64,000 nt of DNA from Torpedo marmorata (lineage: Eukaryota): assembly GCA_977017645.1 (NCBI GenBank), contig OZ360222.1, positions 79,422,001 through 79,486,000 on the forward strand, written 5' to 3'. The notes under the pieces are model-generated. The model did not search any database. It had not been told where the DNA came from and saw nothing but the letters and a program-made list of their open reading frames with translations. Shown one piece after another: positions 12,381-24,334 of this stretch. A program made the translations under genes and the position numbers. The first letter of the stretch is position 1. Each line of letters starts with the position of its first letter.

Positions 12381-15371
12381 ACCATCATACCAGTAAAACC
12401 AAAGACTTCCTCATCGACAGATCCCAATGAGTGTGAAATGGCTATATCACCTGCTCCTCACTGACCATCAACACTGGAACACCCCAACGCTGTAGGCTTA
12501 ATCCCCTACACTCAGGACTGCGTAGCCAAGTTCAGTTCCAAAACAATCTACGAATTCATTGACGACACTGATGTTGTTGACTGAATAACTGGACATGAAT
12601 CAGAATACAGGATGGAGATCAAGAATTTGATTGGGTGATGCTAGAATAACAATCTTGCTCTCAACATCACCAAGACTAAGGAGCTTATTGTTAATTTCAG
12701 AAAGGAGAGGCCAAGGGACCACGCACATGTCTGCATTGAGGGAGCGGAGGTGAAGAGGGTTGGAACTTTCAAGTTCCTGGGAATCCATATTTCAGAAGAC
12801 CTTTCCTGGAGCCAGCACATCGAGTCAACCATGAAGAAGGCACACCAATGTCTACTTTCTGAGGCAATTTGGCATATTATTGAATACTCTATCAAATTTA
12901 TAGAGCTGCACTGTGGATAGTTTACTGACTGGTTTGGGAATTCAAGTGCCCAGAAATGCAAAAGGCTGCAGAAGGTAACAAACATAGCCAGGTCTATCAC
13001 AGGCTCCGACCTCCCATCCATTGAATACATTTATGTGAGATGCTGCCTCAAGAAGGCAGCCAATATCATAAAGGACTCCCGTCACCCTGGCCACCAGCTC
13101 TTCTCACTGCTACCTTCAGGCAGCCTGAAAACAAGATTTCAGATTTCAGATTTATTGTCAGAGTACATACATGACATCACATACAACCCTGAGATTCCAT
13201 TTTCCTGCGGGCACGACAGAATTACCATTAATTGGTAGTGCATAAAAATAAATGGTACATAGCGTAAAACATGTAAACAAACAAAGAACTGTAAACAAAC
13301 TGACTGTGCAAGACAGAGAGAACAAAAGAAAATCAATAAAGTGCACGAGTAAGAGTCGTTGAGGAGTCTGATGGTGGAGGCGTAGCAACTGTTCCTGAAC
13401 CTGGTGGTGCGAGTCTTGTCGCACCTATACCTCTTTCCTGATGGCAGCAGCGAGAACAGAACGTGTGCAGGGTGGTGAGGGTCTTTGATGATTGCTGCTG
13501 CTCTCTGACAGCAACACTCCCTGTAGATGTGCTCAATAGTGGGAAGGGTTTTGCCTGTAATGTCCCAGGCTGTGTCCACTACCTTTTGGAGGGATTTTTG
13601 CTCAGGGTTATTGGTGTTTCTTCCAGACCGTGATGCAGCTGTAGAAATTTGCCAGGGTTTCTGATATCATGCCAAACCTCCACAAACTCCTTAGGAAGTA
13701 GAGGCGCTGACGTGCTTTCTTCACTATGCCATTGGTGTGTTGGGTCCAGGAAAGATCCTCCGAGATAGTGACTCCCAAGAACTTAAATTTCTCACCCTCT
13801 CCACCTCCAAACCCTCAATGATCACTGGATTGAAAACCTCTGGTTTTCCTTTCCTGAAGTCAACAATCAGCTCCTTAGTTTTGGTGACATTGAGTGCAAG
13901 GTTGTTTTTGGTGCACCATTCAGCCAGGTTTTCAATCTCCATCCTGTATGCTGACTCATCCCCTTCCTTTATACAACTCACTACCATGGTATCGTCGGCA
14001 AATTTGTAGATGGTGTTATTGTCGTACCGAGCCACACAGTCGTAGGTGTAAAGTGAGTAGAGCAGGGGGCTAAGAACACAGCCCTGTGGTGCTCTGGTAC
14101 TGATAGAGATTGTGGAGAAGTTCTTACCAATCTTCACTGATTGTGGTCTGGAGGTGAGGAAATCCATGATCCAATTACACAGTGGGGTGTTAACTTCTAG
14201 GTCTTGGAGTTTGCTGATCAGTTTTGAGGTGTTAAATGCCGAACTGTAGTCGATAAAGGGCATCCTGATGTATGCATCTTTGCTGTCCAGGTGTTCCAGG
14301 GCTTTGTGTAGAGTCAGTGAGATGGCATCCGCCGTAGACCTATTACTACGATAGGTGAACTGGAATGTATCAATGTCGCTGCTCAGACAGGAGCTGATAT
14401 GCTTCATCACCAGCCTTTCAAAACACTTCATCACTGTTGATGTAAGTGCTACTGGTCGATAGTCATTAAGGCAGGTTACTACACTCTTCTTGGGCACCGG
14501 TATGATTGATGCCTGTTTGAAACAGGTGGGTACCACGCCCTACTGGAGTGTGATATTGAAGATATCCGTGAATACCTTGGTAAGTTGGTCAGCACAGATT
14601 TTTAATACTCGGCCAGGTACTCCATCCGGGCCGGATGATTTCCTCGGATTCACTCTCCTGAAGGCAGCACGCACGTCATCCTCAGATACGGACAGGATGG
14701 GATCATCAGGGGATGTGGAAGTGCGGAGGTGTGGTTCTTCACTGTTACTGTCATCAAATCGGGCGTAGAAGGCGTTGAATTCCTCTGGAAGAGAAGCTTT
14801 GCCATCTGCTACTTTACTGTATTTGGTTTTTAACTGGTTATGGCATTCAGGCCCTGCCACAGCTGTCGGGTGTCCCTTATTGTTTCCATTATCATCCGGA
14901 ATCTCCACTTTGCCCGCGAGATAGCTTTCCACGGGTCATACCTGCTCCTGCTGTACTGATCTGGATCTCTGGACTTAAATGCCTGTGATCTGGGTCTCAG
15001 CAGGTTCCGGATTTCATTGTTTATCCAGGGCTTCTGGTTGGGGAAAACCCTGAATGATTTGGTGGGGACACTCTCATCCACAGCTGCTTTGACAAAGCAT
15101 GTGACAGCCTCGGTGTACTCGTTCAGATTCTCAGCACAGTCCTTGAACACCACCCAATCCGCTGAATCGAGGAAGTCCTGTAACCGTTCTTCAGCCTCCT
15201 GTGACCACCTTCTAGCTGTCCTGACCTTCGCAGCCACCCTTTTTAGGCTCTGTCTGTGTGAAGGCAGAAGGAGCATAGCCGGTGATCAGACTTACCAAAG
15301 TGTGGTCGCGGGAAAGATAGAAGGGTCTGCATTTAATCGAGATTTGCTCTAAGGCAGTAGAGCAGGAGGTC

Positions 15372-16390
15372 AGATTTTCAGATTTCAGATTTATTGTCAG
15401 AGTACATACATGACGGTCACATACAACCCTGAGATTATTTTTCCTGCGGGCGCGGCAGAATTACCACTAATTGGTAGTGCAAAAAGTAAACTGTACACAG
15501 CGTAAACATGTAAACAATCAAAAGAAATGCTAACAGGTAACGAATGAAACGGAAACTGAAAATGAAACTGACTGCAATACAGAGAGAGCAAAGAAAAATC
15601 AACAAAGTGCACGAGTAAGAGTCCTTAAATGAGTCTCTGATTTGACTTTGTCGTTGAGGATTCTGATGGTGGAGGGGTAGCAGCTGTTCCTAAACCTGGT
15701 GGTGCGAGTCTTGTGGCACCTATACCTCTTTCCTGATGGCAGCAGTGAGAACAGAGCGTGTGCTGGGTGGTGTGGGTCTTTGATGATTGCTGCTGCCCTC
15801 CGACGGCAGCGTTCCCTGTAGATGTACTCAATAGTGGGGAGCGTTTTGCCAGTAATATCCTGAGCTGTGTGCACTACCTTTTGGAGGGCTTTACGCTCAG
15901 GGGTATTGGTGTTCCCATACCAGACCATGATGCAGCCGGTCAGCACACTTTCCACCACACATCTGTAGAAATTTGCCAGGGTTTTTGGTGTCATCCAAAC
16001 CTCTGCAAACTCCTGAGGAAGTAGAGGCGCTGACGTGCTTTCTTCACGATGCCATTGGTGTGTTGGGTCCAGGAAAAATCCTCTGAGATAGTGACTCCCA
16101 AGAACTTAAATTTGCTCACCCTCTCCACCTCTGATCCCCCAATGATCACTGGATTGTATACCTCTGGCTTTCCTTTCCTGAAGTCAACAATCAGCTCCTT
16201 AGTTTTGGTGACATTGAGTGCAAGGTTGTTTTTGGTGCACCATTCAGCCAGGTTTTCAATCTCCATCCTGTATGCTGACTCATCCCTTTCCTTTATACAA
16301 CCTCCTACAGTGGTATCGTCGGCAAATTTGTAGATGGTGTTATTGTCGTACCGAGCTGCACAGTCGTAGTTGTAAAGTGAGTAGAGCAGA
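15372..16390 (-). mobile_element. Rex1/Babar copy B, 5'-truncated, inserted in the EN domain of copy A
   Basis: ORFs 15991-16266 and 15599-15994 (RT C-terminus); tail cagattttcagatttcagatttattgtc; same family as 3288-4899. Confidence 0.9.
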
Positions 16391-16435
16391 GAGGGGGGGG
16401 GGCATAACTCTAGTGTCCGTGCACCACCCAGTATT

Positions 16436-17894
16436 TTTTTTTATTTTTTAATTATTTTATTTAAACTTTTAAATCACAAAATACATAAAATAAAATATAT
16501 AATCATCAAAATACATGAATCTTTTAAAGACTATTATCAGAATTTATATAGATCGCAGATTGATCAAGATAATTCTAAAATTAATAGATTCTTATCTAAA
16601 ATCACATTACCTAAATTGAATAACCGGAGTAGAGATTCTTTAGATTTACCTTTTACAATGAGAGAAGTTAGTGAAGTTTTTTCTTCGTTGAAGAGTGGTA
16701 AATCTCCGGGTGATGATGGGTTTTCATCAGAATTTTATAAAGAATTTAAAGATTTATTGATACTTCCATATATGGAAGTACTAGATCAAATTACGGAAAC
16801 TCATTTATTACCGAAAACATTTTTAAATGCTATAATTACAGTTATACCAAAGAAAGATAGAGATGTATTAAAAACTGAATCATATAGACCTATTTCATTA
16901 TTAAATGTAGATTATAAAATAATGGCAAAAATTTTAGCAAACAGAATGGCTAAATATTTGCCAGATTTGGTACATCTAGATCAAGCTGGTTTTATTAAAA
17001 ATAGATATTCAAAGGATAATATAGCTAGATTAATTAGTTTAATTGGTTTGCACAAAAAGAAACAAGATTTACCATTAGTTGTAACATTAGATGCTGAAAA
17101 GGCTTTTGATAGATTAGAATGGAATTTTTTATTTAAGGTATTAGAAAAATTTGGTTTTGGAAATACATTTATAAATTGGATTAAAACTATATATAAAGAA
17201 CCATCAGCTAAAGTAATTACAAATGGACAAATATCGCCAAAATTTTCTTTGACACGTTCTACGAGACAGGGATGTCCCCTGTCACCAGCTTTATTTGTTT
17301 TGGCAATAGAACCCTTGGCTGAATTAGTTAGAAAAGATCCTAAAATAGTGGGTATTAAAGTTGGTACGGAAGAACATAAGATTAGTTTGTTTGCAGATGA
17401 TGTATTGATATATATGACAAAATCTATTATATCACTTCAACAATTATCTATTATATTAAGAGAATATGGTGAAATATCTGGATATAAAATTAATTCTGAT
17501 AAAAGTGAAATAATGGCTTTATCTCAAGGTGATTATACTAGATGTAAAAAAATTACACAATTTAAATGGGCTAAAGAAGGAATTAAATATTTGGGGGTTA
17601 AGGTTGATACAAAATTGGAAAACTTATATAAATTAAATTATCTACCATTATTTGTGAAAATAAAGAAAGATTTAGAGAATTGGAAAGATTTACCCATAAC
17701 TTTAATGGGAAGGGTAAATTGTATTAAAATGAATATTTTTCCAAGAGTTCAGTATCTTTTTCAATCAATTCCTTTTGGAATTCCTCAAAAAATTTTTAAA
17801 GATTTAAATTTTATTATTAGGAAATTTTTGTGGAAAGGAAAGTTAGCAAGAGTAAGCATGGAAAAGTTAACTTGGAATTATGAGTTGGGTGGAT
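16436..17894 (-). mobile_element. L1-clade LINE insertion with a 5' inversion (twin-priming structure)
   Basis: 16-bp TSD TGCACCACCCAGTATT at 16420-16435 and 17895-17910; T-rich tail at the left end (poly-A on minus), while the ORF2 segment reads on plus. Confidence 0.88.
16516..17894 (+). pseudogene. L1 ORF2 reverse transcriptase domain fragment (stop-free but truncated at both ends)
   Basis: KSPGDDGF, YRPISLLNVDYKI, LDAEKAFD, RQGCPLSP, LFADD, IKYLG motifs in ORF 16616-18013; the last ~40 codons run into flanking DNA. Confidence 0.9.
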
Positions 17895-18147
17895 TGCACC
17901 ACCCAGTATTAATGAAAAACCACACACCGCCTCCTCTCCCTTTTCCAGAATTCGAGTTCCAATCCAGTCTATGGATGGTGAAACCGTCTTGTCGGATAGC
18001 AGTTCTCTGTTAGCCAGGTCTCGGTGCAGCAAACAACTGAGATTTGTCTTACTTGTCTCTAGTCACCTCTAGTCTCAAGAACAATTTCTTTCCAACAGCA
18101 ATGAAGCTCTTGAACCTCCTCTTGTTACATTAATAAGGGACTGCTCC

Positions 18148-18840
18148 CAGTGGTGGATTAACCATTAGGCTGAGAAGGCTGAAGCCTAGGGACCCGGAAC
18201 TGGTACACCAATGTAACCACTTGTCAATATGGGCTCGAGTTAGTCCTGGGTCCACCCGTCAATCAAGGCTTGCAGAAGTACCGCATTCACCTGTCAATCA
18301 GCAGCGGGGTCTCGGTCCCATCTATCAATTCGGGCTCCGCCGGTCCCAATGCTACCTGTCAATCAATGCTCGCATTTGTACGCGCGCGCGAGTCTGAGGT
18401 CTGCCTCCTGCAGCAGAGCTTGGCTCATGCAGCATCGCTCATGGGAGGTTTACTTTTTTTAAAAAGACTCTCCCTTCTTCTGTGTTATTTTGTATCGAGA
18501 CTGTTTTTTTAGAACTGATTTTATTTATCCTTTTGTAACTAACAGACTTTTCAAATTATTGGGCTAGCAGACGGCTTCTGTAAGGTAAAGTTTTGTTTGA
18601 TTATTTTTAATGAAGTTTTTCCTCCCCTCCTCCAACCAAACACCAACTGGTGTATTCCCAGCACATACCCAGCGGATAAATTTAGAATATGTGAGGGCAT
18701 CACGCCCAAAGGCTAATAAATGGAACAATTTCACTTTATTCTCTTCAATGAAGGGTGGGGGCCGTGGGGCAGACGGGAAAGGTCAGGAGGGCCTTACTAA
18801 AGCTCAGCCTCGGGCCCGGGTGGTAGTTAATGCGCCACTG
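18148..18840. mobile_element. Non-autonomous hAT DNA transposon, 693 bp
   Basis: 8-bp TSD ACTGCTCC at 18140-18147 and 18841-18848; imperfect 17-bp TIR CAGTGGTGGATTAACCA / TAGTTAATGCGCCACTG; repeated (T)GTCAAT subterminal motifs. Confidence 0.88.
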
Positions 18841-20667
18841 ACTGCTCCAACACCACAAAAGAATTGTCCGAACTATTGCAAAGTCACTTTTTCTGCATGA
18901 GAATATTTGAATATTTATTATCTTGTTAATTGTTAATATTAATTGTTAATTCAGTTAAGTATACTATTGTTTTTTAGTATTTTTCTCGTGTTTTTTTACA
19001 TACAGTATCTGTTAGGCTTCAGCAAGTAGGAATTTTGGTGCATATGTACCTTGTACAATGTATATGACAATAAACTCATCATTATTATCATTAGTATTAA
19101 GCTGAGGTACAGATCAGCCATGATCTAATTGAATAGAAATGACAGCCTGAAGTTGGACTAATACTGTCCTAAAGTTGACATGCAGCAAAACCTCAGACTA
19201 ATTTTGCAGAATGCATAGTTTTCAGTTTCCAAACAGCATTAGTGATCCCTGCAGGAGTACACACCAGATTTCCATTAATCTTGTTCGGTTTGCCTTTGCA
19301 AACAACTAACATGAAGTTGAAGTTGAGAACTTGCATGCTGCTTTTAAACCACTTTTGCTGCATGTGTAGCATTTCTGAAGCTGACAAAACGTGCAGTATA
19401 AAACGTAAGTGTGTATTTGTTCACTCTGTGAAATTGAGCTTTGCACCAGAAGCAACATATATGATCTATTGCAATTAAAAATAACTAACATCAAGTTCTG
19501 ACAAATGGAATAAGATCACTAATTTTAAAAAAAGATTTGATTGACTGATGAGGATTTTTCATTGATTAAAATCCCAGCCTAGTCAAAACCCAGAACTACA
19601 TGCAATGTTTGAATACATAGATCTAATCTTCTGAAAATCCATAGTCATACCAAGAAGGAGAGAAAATGTGTATCCAATCATCCCACTCTGCAATTAGAAC
19701 AAGGCATTGCATATCATGGCTGTAGTATCAAACTGGTAATCGCCATAGGTTTATAATATTTGTTCCTTGAGGGGACCTAACCGCGTATAGCTGTGGTCGA
19801 GTTCACAAATGGTTATAAATAGAGACTGTGTCATTCCTGGCAGTGAGATATGATAAATATCTCTACTCTTGAGGGTGATCAGATAACTCACAATTGGAGA
19901 AGTCACAAATGAATTATGGTCAGCCTCATGAGTGGAGATATTCATCATATCTCACTTCTGACCACACCATAATCTATCTATGACACAATATGTTTTTGAC
20001 TTAAAAATGAAAACAATTTTTAAAGAAAATTAGTGATTTTTTTTGTCCAGAAAATCTAAAAGGACTGCCTGCTGTTATTTCAACCATTAGGAAATCATAC
20101 CAGTGGAGATCTTTATTACCCCATGAAAATGCCATGAATGTCACAAACCAAGTGGTGGGTTCATAGAACGTACCAAAATTATTTTTCCTTAAATGTTAGA
20201 AGCACAATAATGCAGTCTGAAGTGGGCTTCTGACTGTAATTTTGCATAAATTTTGCAATAATCTTGAATGCTACACTGGTAAGATGGAAAAGAGAATGAA
20301 TAGATTGTTCATGATTTCACATTTTTAGTGCACAATAGTTTATTGGAGTTCACTGCAACCCAAAATCTGAGAGATCTAGTTATCAGAATTGTTATTATTA
20401 AGTGGGCTATAGTGGGCAATAATAGTTTCCAAGGAAGAATGAATTTCGTTCCTGGATATTTATGGTAAAACTGTAATTGTATTCTGATTCTGATTTTACT
20501 ATAACTACAAAATATTTCCCTTAATGGAGGATTTTTCTTAGGGTGAAAATAAATCAAGTATAATGACATCAGCTTGAATTTATTTAACAAAAGATGTATG
20601 ATGCTGGGAGCAAGTTTATAGTACTCATGTCGTACTATTGTGAGAGGTACTGGACAGTTAGCAGAGA

Positions 20668-21810
20668 AACATAAGAATGTAAAAAAATGAAGCAGGAGTG
20701 GGCATTTGACCCTGCCATTCAATAAGACCATGGCTGATCTTTTACTTCAGTGCCACTTTGCTGTATTCTTTGATTCCTTTAATATCCAAAATTTTCTTAA
20801 TTTCTATCTTGACTATATTCAGTGACTGAACCTCCTCAATCCTCTTGAGTAAAGAATTTCAATCAGTCACTACTTCTGGATGAAGAAAGTTCTTTGCATC
20901 TCTGTGCTGCATGACCAACCTGTAACTTTAAGACCACAATCCCTGGTCTAAACATCTCCTTCCTGGGGAAAGTTGCTAAAAATGTATATTTTGATGATTA
21001 TCCCTCATTCTTCTAAATTCTGGAGAGCAGAGGCCCAATCTACTTCATCTCTCCTTGTATGACAAACATGCCCTCCCAGAAATGAATCTGGTGAATTTCT
21101 GCACAGCCTGATGGGGGTATAAATTAGGGTCAGAGATAGGGTAGCTGGTCAGTGTTTTCCTTGTGGTAGGGTTATAAAAAATAAGAGGGCATAGATTTAA
21201 GGTGAGTGGAAGGAATATCAAAAGGGATTTGAAGGGAAAGATTTGTTTTACTCAGACAATGGTTGATCTCTGGAAATCACTGCTGGAGGATGTGGTGGAG
21301 TCAGATACAATTGTAATGTTTAAGAAATACTTAGAGTGGCACTCAAATAGGCAAGGCAGAGAAGGATACAAACCTAATGTAGACCAATGGGATCGGTGTA
21401 GATGAACAAAAAGATCAGCATGGGTGAGCTGGGCCAAATGGCCCATTTCTATGCTGTGCAACTCTATGGGTCTATGTCTCTTTCACAAATATACTCATCT
21501 TGCCTAGGGAAATCAGATCTATACATATATTCCAGATACAATCAAATTATGGCCCTATGTAATGGAAGTACATGTCTCTTTTACTTAAACTCTTTTCCAA
21601 TAAATTATGGCCCTATGTAATGGAAGTACATGTCTCTAGTACTTAAACTCTTTTCCAATAAATGCGAACCTACCATTAACCTTTCCAATTGCTTGCCAAA
21701 GCTTTCAACCTCTCAGTATTTAAAGCATATCCAGTGATTCTATGTTTCCTATCAAAGTGGATAACCACTGATTTTCCCACATGATATTCCATTTGCCATG
21801 GTCTTTCCCA
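20668..21810. mobile_element. Cluster of CR1 fragments (minus about 20668-21100, plus about 21105-21480, minus about 21480-21810)
   Basis: CR1 3' UTR motifs (ccattcaataagaccatggctgatct; agagggcatagatttaaggtg) and ORF2-like FTQTMVDLWKSL. Confidence 0.65.
21544..21663. repeat. Tandem duplication, 58-bp period, 2 copies
   Basis: aaattatggccctatgtaatggaagtacatgtctct...tacttaaactcttttccaat begins at 21544 and at 21602. Confidence 0.9.
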
Positions 21811-22229
21811 GATATATATTAATTGTACGTTTCCTCATCTTTTCCACTGTTTCCTTTTTATTGTTTGGCTTCCATGTATTAGTCCAAATTATTTTCCAGT
21901 TCCATGTGATGTGTGTATCTCTGCAGTAAGCCACCTTTGAGTTCTCTCTCACTGTGGGAAGGAGTCTTACTTTTTTTTGCACATCTTTCCCAATTGGAAT
22001 TGAGGGATTTTCTATGGGAGAACCCATGACACTTGATTGCTCTGTGGCAAAGAACATTATTCATTATGCTACCATTGTAAAGGACAGTTTTAGAATGATC
22101 TAGTTACCTCATCTGTTTACTATCTTTGAATATTCCAACAGAGCCCTCTTTGTGCATGTTATTAACCTGATATCACGCACTTTTCCTAACTTATGCTGAG
22201 CCTCATTCACTTGGACCCAAGTTAGATAT

Positions 22230-22500
22230 GAGTCACCAATGCCTCTATTTTAAAATTCTCACCTTGCTTTCAAATCCCTTCATAAACTTGATCTTCCTTA
22301 TCTATCCTCCAGCCTAGAACTCCTCTGAAATTGCTACTTTTTCCTCATTTCACCATTGGCATCTAGGCTTTCAGCTGCCTTGTCAAAAAATCCAGAATTC
22401 CTCTCACTGATGTTCTCTGTATTTTTTACACTCATTCCCTCAAAGCTACACCTCAAAACCTGCTTCACTGACTGAGCTACTGGTCCTCTCTCTTATTTAT
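22230..22500 (+). mobile_element. L2-type LINE 3' fragment, old
   Basis: ttttaaaattctcaccttgctttcaaatcccttcat...caccattggcatctaggctttcagctgcc...cctcaaaacctgcttcactgactgagct. Confidence 0.5.
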
Positions 22501-22524
22501 TCACTTACTAGATGCTAACATTCC

Positions 22525-22850
22525 TGGCAATGCTATCATTCTTTATCATCCTTAATTGCCCCTAAATTGGGGTGACAGATAAGCATCAACAACATGCATT
22601 GTACCGGAGACACATCTCGGGTAACCCAGTTTAGGACAGGTTTCATTCCTGGAAGGTAATTTGTGAGCCAGATTGTTTTTTCATAACAATTCAATGGTTT
22701 CATGCACCAAGACCAGCCTTTATTTTTTAATTTTAGATTTACTTAATTACTTGAATTTAAATTCCCCAGCTGCCACGGTGGGAATTAAATTTGTATCTAT
22801 GGGTCAATGGTCCAGAACTCAAGCTGCTAGTCCAGCAACTTAGCCTCAAA
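22525..22850 (-). mobile_element. tRNA-derived SINE with a CR1-type tail, degenerate
   Basis: Head ttgaatttaaattccccagctgccacggtgggaatt...ctagtccag; tail ...catccttaattgccc resembles the CR1 3' end near 40.2 kb. Confidence 0.5.
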
Positions 22851-22906
22851 ACTATCTAACCCCAACATTGTCTCAAAACCTTTGACATTTTAAAAATTAA
22901 TATAAC

Positions 22907-23352
22907 ATGCCAATTTGGAGAAGGTGCAGAGAAGATTTCCAAGGATGTTGCCAGGACTCGGAGGGGTGGGGGCTGAACTAGAGGAAGAGGTCGATCTGGT
23001 TGGGGCTTTATTCCTTGGAGAGCAGGAAGATGAGGGGTGATCTCATAAAGGGATTCAAAATCATGAGATGAATAGATTGGGTGAATGCATTTTGCCAGAG
23101 AAGGGGAATTGGTAACCAGAGGACATAGGTTTAAGGTGAGGAAGGAGAGATTTAACAGGAACTTGAGGGGTGTGTTTGGAATGGGCTGCTGGAGGAGTTG
23201 GTTGAGGCAGGTACAATTGCAATGTTTAAGAGAGAATTGGATGGATACATGGATAGGATAGGTTCAGAGGGATATGGGCCAAATGCAGGCAGGTGGGACA
23301 TTTTTGTCGGCATGGGCAAGTTGGGTTGATGAGCCTGTTTCTATGCTGTATG
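22907..23352 (+). mobile_element. CR1 LINE 3' end
   Basis: tggagaaggtgcagagaagatttccaaggatgttgccagga...agaggacataggtttaaggtgag...gagcctgtttctatgctgtatga. Confidence 0.8.
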
Positions 23353-23506
23353 AAGTGTCATCAGAATGGAGGTTGCAGTTGTGGAAGTTGTTGAGCATCA
23401 ACTACCTCTTGGACAGATGAATTATGAAATTAAAAATAGTGAACAGCTTTAAGAGAACACAAGAATAAGTATTAAACTGTTTTAATCAAACATTCCTCAA
23501 GGTAAA

Positions 23507-23774
23507 AACATAAATGCTGGAGAAGCTCAGCAGGTCAAACAGTGTCCTTTATGTAGCAAAGGTAGAAATACATAACTGATGTTTCGGGCTTGAGCCCTTC
23601 ATCAAAGTATGAGAAAATGCTGGCAGGCGTCCGAACAAAAGCGTGGGGGGGGGGGAGGAAGGGGGGTGGCAAAGGCAAGAGATGATAGGTGGAGAAAGGA
23701 GGTTTGACCTGCTGAGCTTCTCCAGCATTTGTGCTTTTACTTCAACCACGGTGTCTACAGATTTTCGTGATTTG
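23507..23774 (-). mobile_element. Penelope-like element short insertion with an inverted terminal segment
   Basis: Inverted repeat aaatgctggagaagctcagcaggtcaaac / gtttgacctgctgagcttctccagcattt; 15-bp flanking direct repeat ATTC(C/T)TCAAGGTAAA at 23492-23506 and 23775-23789. Confidence 0.8.
23574..23609 (-). ncRNA. Minimal type I hammerhead ribozyme motif (Penelope-associated; U3 variant, CpG-decayed)
   Basis: Minus strand UACU-UUGAUGA-A-GGGC-UCAA-GCCC-GAAACAUC-AGUU. Confidence 0.6.
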
Positions 23775-23980
23775 ATTCTTCAAGGTAAACATTCTGGAGG
23801 TCCTTTTGCCAATGCAACATTGCAATGATTATTCAGATTTGCTTTGGAAAGTTAGAAGGCTTCTGCTTATGCCTTTTAAAGGCTTAAATGCACTGATTAT
23901 ATGTAATAGTCCTAACAATACCAAAACATTGTGAACAGCTTTAGAAATGAATACACAGAGGAATTATTAGGGTTGCAGTG

Positions 23981-24143
23981 TGTCATATCCACATTAATTC
24001 AGACACTTCTTGTGGAGCAGTTGGCATACTTTATTCACTAAGTAAAATGGTGCACACAATTCTGAACTGCGCCCTTACCGTGTCGCTTATGTAATCCCGT
24101 CACCTGCGTAACTTGCGCGATGACGTAACGCGTTCCCACAACA
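23981..24143 (-). repeat. 3' LTR of the Gypsy element
   Basis: Direct repeat of 28831-28993 with 8 mismatches in 163 bp; adjacent polypurine tract. Confidence 0.95.
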
Positions 24144-24334
24144 CTCTTCCCCCCCTCAAAATACTAGTACATAGATAATAAGTCTAACTAAATTAACTTA
24201 ACTAAATTTTGTGTTAAAGTATATATATATATTTGTGATTCTACCAAAACTATTATTATTACTAATCATCTTTCACCCCCTTCTTATGCTTTAAGTCACT
24301 GCACATAATCCTTAAGATGTGCTGGGGTGTGTCT

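Larger units (their letters stand above)
13136..18060 (-). mobile_element. Rex1/Babar copy A (APE endonuclease plus RT, with internal deletions), interrupted by Rex B and an L1
   Basis: EN motifs TETWLT, GFTIHRLD, GKGRGGGVWFFINTGWC (18060-17911 plus 16435-16403), then CSTALEQISIKCRPFYL and PHFGKSDH (15370-15280); RT ORF 13724-14536 with FADD; (AATCTG)-type tail at about 13136. Confidence 0.88.
12400..19095 (+). mobile_element. Old Rex1/Babar copy, split into about 12400-13135, 18061-18147 and 18849-19095
   Basis: Degenerate RT (aacaatcttgctctcaacatcaccaagactaaggag) and KKAANIIKDSRHPGHQLFSLLPSG; resumes at tcacctctagtctcaagaacaatttc; tail tgacaataaactcatcatt. Confidence 0.75.

Noticed and set aside
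16616-18013. 465-aa ORF as an intact or domesticated RT gene
   Set aside because: TTG start in mid-ORF2, no endonuclease or C-terminal domain, and the end is read-through past the TSD; it is the inverted part of a truncated L1.
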